Assembly (NCBI GenBank): GCA_032718475.1
Contig: JAUCBJ010001698.1
Location: 13,117-77,116 of the forward strand
DNA from: Nemertoderma westbladi
Lineage: Eukaryota > Animalia > Xenacoelomorpha
DNA length: 64,000 nt
Reading direction: 5' to 3'
A program made the position numbers and the translations under genes. The notes beneath the pieces were generated by a model. That model did no database searches, was not told where the DNA came from, and was given only the letters and a program-made list of their open reading frames with translations. This document shows positions 14,476 through 25,600 of the stretch, one piece after another (position 1 is the first letter of the stretch; every line of letters starts with the position of its first letter).

Positions 14476-15417
14476 AATTATTTTAGAAAAATTGAATTTC
14501 TGAATTTTTAAGGGTTACTTAGTTACTTTACTTGACTTTATTACCGTTATTTAAGCAGTAGTCCAACTGATATTAAGACCTAATTGTTGTATGACAGGCC
14601 TACTATTTTATAAATCGGTTTGAGTTGATTTATAATATATATATACCCGTATAATGGGTTTTGTCAATGTTTGAAATAAATGTTATTATTTCTGGGAAGG
14701 AGTCACTACACAGAAGCTATACGCTCTCAGTGAAGTGCTACTTGTTGGACACTAAAACAAATAATTCTAATTTGCCTAAGTTACTTATTACTACAAATTA
14801 CGTACAATTGCGGGGTGAGATTACAATCTCTAAGTAAACACAAAAATTACAAGTACGAATTTTTAGGGTAATTTTACAAGAAGTCTACAAACCAGCCTAA
14901 CAAAGGGTTAGAATATCTGGTTATTACAACGGACAGGATACTACGGTATTTGAAAATAATACGCAGTAGTAAATATATTGCGTTGTCCAGATAGGAAAAA
15001 TACCACCGTCTGACGACTTATAGCCATATCGCTATAAGTACTACGTTATGTTTCACGGAGTGTTCCTACCTAGAAGTTAATTACCGCGGCCTACCAGAGC
15101 CAACATGCCTATTAACCACTTTACAACATAAATATACTGCCTACACACTAATTACCTTCGGAAAACACTGTACTCTAAACCCTAGATTAGGTACAAGTAC
15201 TTGTATAACAAATAACCAGCAGTTAAATATACTTGTACAGCTAAAAGAACCACGGTATCTGCCGGAGTGACCAGAGCACAAAATCTCCAGTCTTTACCTA
15301 CGCCAAGCAGCCCTGATGTAGTACCGGGGTTAATTTAACTATAACGGTATGTATAACAAGCACAATTACTGTAGGAATAAACTTGGGGTTGTGAATGTTG
15401 CGAATAATCGCATAAAC

Positions 15418-16003
15418 TCTGAATAATAAATATTGCGCTACGCGTACAGACTTCTCAAACAAAATACAGACAAAACGCTGGCAGACCACTATCAAGCCTA
15501 AACAAACTACAGTATATGCAGACTCCGAAATGGTTAGTTAGTATGCGTTCTAACCTAGTAGCACGACTTATTCTTTCGGGGGGGATTCACCTTACAACTC
15601 AAGATGCCCCCACGTTCCTAACTGGTACTTTATCGGACATACACTCTACACACACTGCAACCTCTTCAGACCTAACAACAGCCAGACAACAGTCCAGCCT
15701 ACAAATTATCTGAATAAGAAATATTACGCTACCCGTACAGCCTACACAAACAAAATACAAACCAAACGCTGGCAGACTACTATCAAGCCTAAACAAACTA
15801 CAATATATGCAGACTCCGAAATGGTTAGTTAGTATGCGTTCTAACCTAGTAGTACGACTTATTCTTTCGGGGGGGATTTACCTTACAACTCAAGATGCCC
15901 ACCACGTTCCTAACTAGTACTTTATCGGACATACACTCTACACACACGGCAATCTCTTCAGACCTAACAACAGTCAGACAACAGTCCAGCTTACAAATTG
16001 TCT
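15418..16003. repeat. Tandem duplication, two ~291-bp units, in the leader/U5 region of A
   Basis: TCTGAATAA..GCAGACTCCGAAATGGTTAGTTAG..CAGTCCAGC repeated at ~15418 and ~15709. Confidence 0.9.
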
Positions 16004-16282
16004 GTACAATCTGAGCAGGCTTACACGCCTTCTGCTCAATATTAGCCTACAAATAAATAAAACTGACAGAAATAAGTAAACCATACAAAGGAATAAGGGG
16101 TGATCAATCCCTAATCCCCTAATAGCCTACAATATACAATATATCACAATCGAAATAATACTAGTATCTGTACTGGTGTAAGTACCGGTCCGGGTGGTTA
16201 GGTAGTTGGGCCTACTGGTTACCGGTCGACCGGTACTTTTCAACTTTATTGCCTACTGCAATAAAGAAGCAATGACTGTTAT

Positions 16283-17488
16283 TGTTCGCGCTTTCAGACC
16301 TTTAGCAGTTTAACCTGCCAAATTTAGGTGTCTTCTAAGTTATAAATCGACTTTAGCCTATGACGAGTATTTGATACACTACATTAGCCGAAGCCAGCCT
16401 ATGCGCGACCATTCACCCGCTGGATATACCCGGGAGACTGGATACGGAAGCTCTGACCTTATTGCGGTGTAGGCCTACTGTATTATTCGATTGATCGTTA
16501 ATATATAATCTCTGACAAATATTATTCACTTTCGGGAAATACTAACAGTTCCTTTAGGACGTGGCGCTCTAAATATATAAACAGAGTTATGACTTATACT
16601 AAACACAACGGGATGGCTAATGATTCACGTATAAGGCGCATTCTTTAGGAGATGCTTTGTTATCTGTCACAGTCATGCACACTACCGCACAATGCTGCAC
16701 ACCGATCTGCCGACCTTCACTAATTTTAGTCACATATAAAGAGAACAGCAATTGACACCTGTAGTGCCTATGAAATAGCATTAGATTCACTCCAAAACCA
16801 ATATCATATAAGTCGCAATTGCTATATGTAACCGGTCTCTTACCTTCAGTATATCAAGAAGATGGGGTTTTATGATTATTTATGGATATTATCCAAATAT
16901 AACAATATTCCATCAACAGATACAATTAATAACCGACAGTAAATAGCAGTAAAATAATGCGGTGAAAGGTATGTATAGCATTTGAGTCTGACCAGTTTGG
17001 TTTGATATGTGCTGACTTGATATGGTTTGATAACAGTTATACGTTTCGGTAATCAAAGCCGTTCTAATGTTTGGCTAAAGTCTGAAACACAGAATAATTC
17101 CATAGCCGATGTTCTGGCATCAGGAAAAAAGGTAAACATAAACCATAATGCATTGCGCGATTTCCCGGAGGCCTCTGTGCAAATAAAATGAAAATCGCTC
17201 TGATTGGTCGAGTGAGTGAACAGAGTGAGCCTGAACAAAGAAAGCTCCACGAGTACACTAAATCAGCTGATAGATGTCGTAATCTGAACTACACTGTATT
17301 AAGAGTATTTTGGCGCATTGCGACACAAAATGGCTTGTTATGTCCGCCAAAGTACACATACAGAAAAAACAGCTTTTTATGTCCGCTAAACACCGATACA
17401 GTAAGAAAACGGCTTTTTATGTCCGTTATAACATCTACAGAGTACTTTGCAGGGAAAATGACTAGCTAATTCCGCAAAAGCCTTTACA
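16283..17488 (-). repeat. 5' LTR of element A (minimum extent; inner boundary uncertain)
   Basis: Outer end fixed by the match to 1-315; clear similarity to C 3' LTR down to 16283, weaker similarity continues further left; CCAAT on the minus strand near 17202. Confidence 0.7.
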
Positions 17489-17973
17489 AGGCCTAATTAA
17501 AAATTATCTTACACAAAGACAGATTATTATTATTATTAATATTATTATAATTATTATTATATTTATTATTAATTATTATTATTATTATTATAAAATTACA
17601 AAACATATCGGAAATTACTAAAAAAAAACACATCTTAACAAAATACACAAGAGACGTAACTTGAGAATTGTATTATATCTTAAAAATTAAATTAAATTAA
17701 AAAAAAATGTATATAAAAATTAAATTGTATTTATGTATGAATGGTTACTTTGAGTTTATATGTGTGTTGTGTGCGGATATGTTGTGCAAAGAAAATATCC
17801 GAATAAAAGATATAAATAAGTCTGGGCGGACCCAAGTATAATGGTCCAAGTGGGACCGGTAAGAGGGTAAGGGAGTAAGTACGGACGGATGTATACTGCT
17901 AGCGGTTAGTCTGCTAGTACAGCCAAAGCAGGACCGTGACGCTAGGACGAGTCCGTCTGACAGTTAGTGTAAC

Positions 17974-18249
17974 GCCCATGTGAAGAATACCAGGATTTCA
18001 CTTTTCGGTCGACTTATTATTGTAATTTTATATATGAAGATTTTTTATTTTTTTTTATTTATCTTTATTAAGTGTTTTATATCGCTTATTTCTGTCTTAT
18101 AACCTGTACATAAACTAATTTGTTTATTGTTTTTGTTAGATTCAGCCCTTCTGTAACCTGTATTTTTGGTGAAAACCTGGTATTCTTCACATGGGGGTAA
18201 CTGCAAAGTGAAATATAACGGCAGAAAGTCTGGTATACTTCACATGGGC
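17974..18249. mobile_element. Small MITE-like element
   Basis: Inverted repeats GCCCATGTGAAGAATACCAG / CTGGTATACTTCACATGGGC, with an extra internal copy near 18178. Confidence 0.5.
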
Positions 18250-18674
18250 CTAGAGTAAGGCCGATATGGAGGCCATGCTCTGTGTACGTACAGTATGTGT
18301 AAACAATGGAGGCGTGGCTCAGTGTACGTACAGTATGTGTAAACAATGGAGGCCATGCTCAGTTTACATACAGTATATCTCAACATGTTGTATGTGTGTG
18401 TTTGAATGCGTGGTGTGCACATAATACATACTTTATTATTTATTAATTAATTACACATCATAATTAACATACAGTATTCCTTTACTTTAAGTAATGTACA
18501 TCATTTCTATACGTTGAGTTTTAATGAATAAAGAGTACCATTCAATTCAATTCAATTCATTTCAAGACTTAGAATTATTGAAAGAAATACAGTAGTCCTA
18601 CAGTACCACTTTAAATATATTGTCTAATATAAGATTACATACGTTTTCTGATAATACTCTATTTTACCTTACAG

Positions 18675-18883
18675 ATACTTATGTTGTGCTTCGTGTCTTT
18701 CACGGTCCAATTACAATACAAAACTACTCAACCAACGTGAAACACGCTTCCTGTCACCCCGTTTTCAAACAAATATTCAACTTCCAAGTCCCCGATGGTC
18801 TAAAACAGTTGAGAGAACTGACCTTAGAGTTTTCATTATGTGAACACAGTCATGTTAGACGGCAGGATAATATATTTGGTCAG
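18675..18883 (+). CDS. Internal exon of a synaptotagmin-like C2-domain gene
   Basis: Acceptor ttacag|, donor CAG|gtaaat; encodes DTYVVLRVFHG...HPVFKQIFNFQVP...LTLEFSLCEH...NIFGQ, typical of a C2B domain. Confidence 0.85.
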
Positions 18884-19182
18884 GTAAATATTTTGAAACC
18901 GACTTCATGATACTACAGTGTGTGTAGGCTTATTTGCTAAAGTAGGCCTAGTATGTATGTACAGTATGATGTAAGAGGATGTATGTATATGTCTATCCTA
19001 GACAATCTAAATACAGCGGGTGAGAATTCTTTATCCCGTGAATACGAGAATATTAGAGTCCATGGAACACATCGTATGAGTTACATACCTTAGTGGTTCA
19101 CCACATGGACAGATGTAATTGTAGAAAATTACATATGGTAGACCACTACCGGTATATTTACTATCATTTACCAGCTAATTAA

Positions 19183-19830
19183 CCCTATCTGGCTCGGGCT
19201 ATATTTTACAACGTAATTGGCCCGGGGGGCTATTTTACAATTTTTTTAGATCTTAGCTCAAAAATTACAATTTTGATGGGATAAGGGTTTTTGAGGTCGC
19301 TGATCACAATAAAAATTGTTAAAAATATTTTCTGTCAATGCAAACATCATTTTTGATGCTATTTCGGTCCTCCAGGACGAAAAGTACAAGTAAAAAAATG
19401 TCAAACTAAAAAATTTTGTGTTTGGTTTGATAATTCTGAAAGTATACGGATTTTAGATGTCCCTGGTCCCAATGAAACTACAGTAGTTAAAGATTTCTGG
19501 TAATGCAAACCCAATTTTTTTACATTTCTGGTGCCCCAGAACGAAAATTACAAGTAGCACACAATTATAAAGTGTTAAATTTTGCCAGAAGCTGCACTGA
19601 TTTTCAAGGTCGCTGATCACGATACAACTCGTTTAAAATCATTCTTGGTAACGCAAATATCATTTTTGGTGCTTGCCTGGTGGGACGAAAAATACAAGTT
19701 TAGTATAAAATTTCAAACGGCAAAAATCGAATTTGTTTGGATAATGCGATATTGTTAAGTGTCATATTCGTAATCAGCGTCCCAGAAAACACATAATGTA
19801 TAAAAATGAGGTTGATTTGGTAATGATGTT
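19183..19830. mobile_element. piggyBac-like non-autonomous element, left part (split by element B)
   Basis: Begins TTAA|CCCTAT; internal GGTCGCTGATCAC repeats; the repeat unit reads through across the B insertion site. Confidence 0.55.
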
Positions 19831-19957
19831 TATAGAATTATATTCTCTAAATGCCGTGGATTTTCAAAATTTTATTTTATTCGAATTAACTTTGTAAAAG
19901 ATTGCTTTGAATCCTCATTTGTATTTGTTATATCTATTGTACGCCTATTGGTCAAGT

Positions 19958-20044
19958 GGTTCAGTAGCTCAGTCGGTAGAGCGTTGGAAATTATATGTGT
20001 AGTAGGTATTGAGTTCGAATCCTAGTAAGAGCGAATTATTTTTT
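19958..20044 (+). other. tRNA-like cassette (Pol III A box, B box, T-run) in the LTR; copy at 36805-36891
   Basis: TAGCTCAGTCGGTAGAGC (intact D arm/A box), GAGTTCGAATCC (B box), followed by T6; acceptor and anticodon stems do not pair. Confidence 0.7.
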
Positions 20045-20101
20045 GTGCAGAATTTCAACTCATTTAAATTAACCGCTACAAATTAATTGCATTTGTCTGT
20101 A

Positions 20102-20383
20102 CCAATGAGACTGTAGTTATTTGATTGTAACCAATGTCGTGCAAGTTATATATTAGCTGGACCAATAGCTATCTTTAAAACCCTGTTAGAACCTATAGAA
20201 CAATCGAGAATTTTCTCGATTGATTGCAGCACAAATTTGCTATATAAAGGTGCGATTTGTTCATTAGTTATTCAATCTTCAATCTTATACATCTCAGTAT
20301 TTACATTCATTATCTCAGTGCATTCTATCTATATCTTTCTGATCTTATTAGTTATTATCTTATCTGTTTGATTTTGTAATAAA
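20102..20383 (+). promoter_or_regulatory. LTR Pol II promoter and polyadenylation signal
   Basis: CCAAT at 20102, 20131 and 20162; palindrome CAATCGAGAA-tt-TTCTCGATTG at 20201-20222; TATATAAA at 20241; AATAAA at 20378. Confidence 0.65.
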
Positions 20384-22624
20384 AGTTAGAAATACTTGTC
20401 AATCTCAGCCCTTTTCTATCTGTTTTACCATGATTCACTACGGTGAACAAACCTAAGGGACAGGATGGCCGGCCAGAGATCGGGCCGCAGCAATGAACGG
20501 GAACATCGGGGGAATGTAGACGAGAGACAACCCGCAATACCATCTTGAGTTATTCGCCCATCGCCTGAAAGGTTAGACAGCGTTCGACGCCTTGCTACCT
20601 AAGTATAAGACCAAAAGATCATAAGGTAGAAGTAGTGGCACGCTGTGAGCCTAAAATTACATCTTAGGGACTGTACTGTCTTGATTCAGGAAAAAACCAC
20701 AGTAGACCTTCATATTCCTACGGGGGGGGGGGAGAGCGCAGGCAGATACTAGTACGCAGATAGGACGTAGGCACACCGGTACGAAGCATACAAATTGGTA
20801 GGGTGCAGCAAACTGTACGCCTAACTCTTGCTAAGTACAGGTGTGTGTGCGACTATTTGTAGTACGACAGTGTCCATTGCATTAGAACTTGTAGGCTAGG
20901 GGGGTTGCTGTGTTTTCACCTGAATTGGGATTGTACCGTTCAGGCGGTAGGGCAGTTTACAGCTAGGCGCAAATAAATTGAGGCTATTAGGGATACTAAC
21001 ATCTACCGTGTCCCCGCCAACGCCCAAATAGGAAGTTACCCGGACTACCTGGGTGACTAAAATTCTAGATAGGAGCCAGGATAGCTATTAGTAACTGTAC
21101 GCCTACAGTAGTAAACTAACACATCTCTTCTTAGTATCAGGGACCTGGTACCTAAAATTGCCGAATTCTGGGCGTAGCATTAACCTTATGCCTGAATTTG
21201 AGTCCTGGAAATACGCAAGAGGGGAAGGAACCTTATCATTCGTGAGTATTGGACCTACAAGTTACAAAATTAGAATATTCGTAAAATGCACACCGTACCC
21301 AGTAATTATATATGTGAAGGAGCAAAACTGTCTTTGACCGTTCAGAATTAACACACGCGCGTTAGAAATTATTTACACCTCAAAATATATAAAATTAACT
21401 TTCGTCCGTACTGTGCTTTGCCCGCTAGTTAGACATCTCCAAATCTCTGCCTGTGTACCTAGCTAGCGTCCTTTCGCCCAACCATATAAATCACACCGCG
21501 GCAAAGTGTACGAGCCTCTTAGTCCGTCAGTGAGTCAGCCTGATTTTAGGATTCGCTGCGCGGGATTTTGTTTCACCGAAGTTTGTCTGCTCGTAGACTG
21601 TTTTCTGCCTCACCGGTTATAAGAGATCAATACTGCAATATATTCGCTTACTTAGTTTACTGTTTTGGTGAGAAGGTCGGATTTATGATTTGATTCACAA
21701 ACTTTACAGTAGGATATTGCAGGTATTGTTACTGTCTCTTCCATATAGTAGGAATAGGCGTATCTCTTCCAATAGTAGGAATATGATTATTTTAACATAT
21801 TTCCTAGAATAGTAGGAATATGTTTTACTGAACTACGGTTCGGTAGGACTAAAGTTATTTGAAAATTTTGTATTTTGAGGTAAAAATTTATATTTGATTA
21901 GCTAAGTGCTAATATTTTGAAAAAAAAAAATTTGATTTGAACCGCGTGTAAAATATTTTGGAATTGAATACCGGTGTTTAAAAAAGGGTTTAAATACCAT
22001 ATTGTACCGGTACAAAATTTTTCGTAAAAGTAAAACCTAACTCTTTTGTTTTTCAGGATTCAGAACTCATTTCTAGACTGTAACGGGAGCAAGACCGTGT
22101 TTAGCAAGTTTGGGAGATAGATAACTCAACAACTTTGGTTGGGAAAATCGCGTTTCGTCCGCAACGTTAAAAACGGAAAGGTTCACGTCCGGTTTGTATC
22201 TGGGAATCTGTTTTTCTGGAGAATTATTGGAGTGGGTGAGTTCAAAAAGTTGCATAAATAAGTTAGGCATTACCGTATTAGTTAAAATTATTGTGGGTTC
22301 CACTGTCTCAAGTATTTATGCATTCCGTATGATTTCTTTGTTCATTGCTGAATTAGTCCGTATTATTGTATTTAATTTACCTTTTGATAACGCATATCGT
22401 TATCCGATTTATTTGTTATAAAATTGGCCACTAGGCTAATTTTATTATATACTTATTCCGTGACATTTATTTGCTGTAAAATTGGCCGTTTAGGCTAATT
22501 TTATCCATCTGCTATAAAATCGGCCGGTAGGCTAATTTTATAAGACTGTAATTAGTACCGTTTAGATAAAATACGGTAAGTTTGATACTTTGACACTCAC
22601 TTTACTTGACTTACAACTACCGAA

Positions 22625-25600
22625 ATGAGTGACAAACAAAACTATACGAAAAATACACAAACCGACTATGACTCATGTGACGCGGATAAGTCAGCAGCGG
22701 AAGAACAACAGGGGAAGACTCGCGAGCCTACCGAACCTACACCGTGTGCGTCACCAGTACATCCAACGGGAGTACCGGATGCCGTAGTACGAGGCGACGG
22801 CAGGACCAAGGACTTTCTAACTGTTCCGCAACCTAGATACAGGGAAACGGACATGGTGAGTTCAGCAGGAAGTCAGGAAAGCGTTGTTAGGAGCGTCGGA
22901 GGATACATGGCGCATATTACCAGGAGTATTGGAGAAGGCCAATGCGTATTAGACGAGTTGACTGCGCCGATGTCTCGATTCGAGTTCTACACCCTCCAGG
23001 TGAGAGTACAGAGTAAAGTATATAAGTCCGTAGATAACCTAATTGGTCTACAAGATCTAGCTAGACAGAGACAGGACATGGATACTCAACTTAGAATCCT
23101 CGAGAAACTAATGATCGCTAGAGAGAAACTGATTCAGTTTAAGTCGACGATTAGACACATACAACAGGAACAAGCGGACCAGTTGTTAGGTGAGTCAGTT
23201 TCGGACGAATTATTACAGCCCGAGGAAGAACAGGAACTGTACCGACTGGATGGACAATTGAAACATCTGACGGACCACTTACGTATGTGCGGCGAAGACG
23301 TCGGCGATTCGGAAACCGTACCGGAATATACGAGGGAAACTTCACCCGTACGAATCGAATCGGCACCGGGAATACTGGACCAATCGTTAGTGAGTATTCG
23401 CAGCGAAATTGGCGAGATAAGTATAGTGACGTCAGAAATTTCCAGACAGCAACAACAAGTGGATAGACAACAACGGGAAGCGGAGGAACAAGCTCAACTG
23501 TTGACGGCACAAGGAGCCGTACAAGAAGAAAAACTACGCGTTGCGGATGTTGCAAGAATCTCTCATCTGCAAGAACAAGCCGAGTTGGAAGCGGCTGAGA
23601 TGGAAAGGTTGGAGCTAGAAATAGCACAGCGAACAGCGGCAGCTGAGTTAGCGCAACAAGCGGCAGCAGCTGAGTTAGCGCAACAAGCGGCAGCAGCTGA
23701 GTTAGAACGACAAGCGGCAGCAGCTGAGTTGGAAGAACACAAGCGAGTTTCGGAAGCAAGAGCTGAAATGAAAAAACGGCAAATAAAGGCTCAATCAGTG
23801 ATAAGACAAGCGGAGCTCGAGGCGCAACAACGACAGACGGAACAACGCGAGAAGGAAGTTAAACTTCATTTCGAACTCGGGAAGAAGGCGAGAGAATTAG
23901 CCAACGCGAAGGAAGATCTGGATCTGCAAGCCCGCGATCGATCAATGAGATCTCGAGACGGACATGACTTGGACCAGATAGAGGTAAGACATCGCCAAAT
24001 TCAGGAATGGAAGAAGGAAGGAAGCGTAGGAGCACCCGGACGGGAACGACAATTAGTAAAGGACTTGTGTCAACGATTCCCACAGGTAACTCATATGTTT
24101 GCACCGGTTACGACTAAGGAACCTGTTTCGATTGCGGGTAGTAGTAACATTTATCCTATCCATGGTGCGACGGAACACAGGTTTGTTATTCCGGACGAGT
24201 TTACACCGCCAAGAGCAACGTCGTCGCCTATTCCGAAAGTCAAGGTAAGTAACCCACCGATTACAGATCGTAGTAGTTTATTAGTCGAACCTGTATTACT
24301 GACGACTAAACAGGTGAGTCCACCTCTGACGCCAAAACCTGTTACACACTACGCTTACCCAATGACGTTTAGGCCAACAAGGCCTTTGGATTCAAACGCT
24401 GTTACTCGACCACCGGTTCAGTTTACATCGCAATCTACGACTTCGAGGAAGACTTGTGAGCCTACCGAACAACAGAGAACAGTGGATACGCGACCGTTCA
24501 ACCAATTTACATCGCAATCTACGACTTCGAGGAAGACTTGTGAGCCTACCGAACAACGGAGAACAGTGGATACGCGACCGTTCAACAAATTTACATCGCA
24601 ATCTACGACTTCGAGGAAGACTTGTGAGCCTACCGAACAACGGAGATCAGTGGACGATGTTCCAAAGCGAAACGTTAGAATTCGTACGACGCAATGGACG
24701 CGAGCACGTCGACCACCATATCCAGATGATAGTAGTACTTCGAGCGAATCGGATTACCCGAAACGCGAGGTATTTAGAACAGGGGCGGCCGATGAATACA
24801 AACGCGAGCGTTCAGACAACTCCTTTGTAGACAATCCTCCACAGAATACACCAACACAGAAGGCGTTACAACCAACGAGGCAAATCAGTACACAACAGTT
24901 CGCCGACATCCTGCGACCAGTTGTTAACAAGTTGGCTCAGATCGAGGAGCGTCTGGAGGAAGTTCAAACCGACAGTTCGAGGAACACTGAGTTCGAACAC
25001 AATAGACACCCGAAGGAACCACAAAGACCGGTACCTTCAAAACACACATCGTATCAGGGAAAAGCGCCAAGAAGGGAGAATATCAACCTGGTTACCAACC
25101 AAGGACGCGAAACTCTGAACGTTGCCGAGGAGATAGCGAAATTCGCAGCCAGACAAGGATTGCCGGTACAACAACCACCGAAGTTTTCCGGTAGCTCAAA
25201 ACACTGGCACACTTTCGTAGACTATATCGAATCCCAGATCGCCATGTGCGCCTTTACATCACGGGAGAAGTTCAATTACCTGCTCCAAACGTTGTCAGGA
25301 GAACCTAAACGTTTGGCAGAGACTTTCGTCGGTGTACCGGACGCCTTCGAACTAGCGTACGATCGTTTAACTTCGATATATGGAGGTACAGTCAGTATGG
25401 CCAGGTCAGTAATAGAGGAACTCTGTAAGGGAGGGGCTATCACTAAACCCGTCGACTTATTAAAACTGGCCGACGAGATAAAGAACGCTATCACTACTTT
25501 AAGATCCATTGGACAACTTGACTACGGGAATACCCCTACAGTCCTATTAAAGATCATAGGACGACTCCACCATCGACTTCGTCGGGAGTGGAGAAAGATC

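Larger units (their letters stand above)
1..17488 (-). mobile_element. Element A: BEL/Pao LTR retrotransposon with extra ORF2; degenerate, 3' LTR cut by the window edge
   Basis: 1-315 repeats 17174-17488 (3 substitutions seen); both copies start TGTAAAGG on the minus strand; gag-PR-RT-RH-IN order with Pao-type motifs lies between them. Confidence 0.95.
19831..21774 (+). repeat. 5' LTR of element B (1944 bp, TAT...ATA)
   Basis: Matches 36678-38618 apart from about 4 substitutions noticed and a G11 versus G8 run. Confidence 0.97.

Noticed and set aside
15055-15075. TGTTCCTAC as the A counterpart of B's primer site
   Set aside because: Shares only 7 nt, is not next to a definable LTR end, and has no full complement found in A's LTR
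16500-16570. Group I intron or HDV-like ribozyme in the A/C LTR block
   Set aside because: TCAGAGATTA and CCACGT..CTGT resemble core words, but I could not build the required P7 or P1/P3 pairings
19958-20033. Functional tRNA gene
   Set aside because: Acceptor and anticodon stems do not pair; only the promoter boxes and D arm are intact
20355-20543. 62-aa ORF duplicated at 37202-37390
   Set aside because: Short antisense ORF within the B LTRs with no coding evidence
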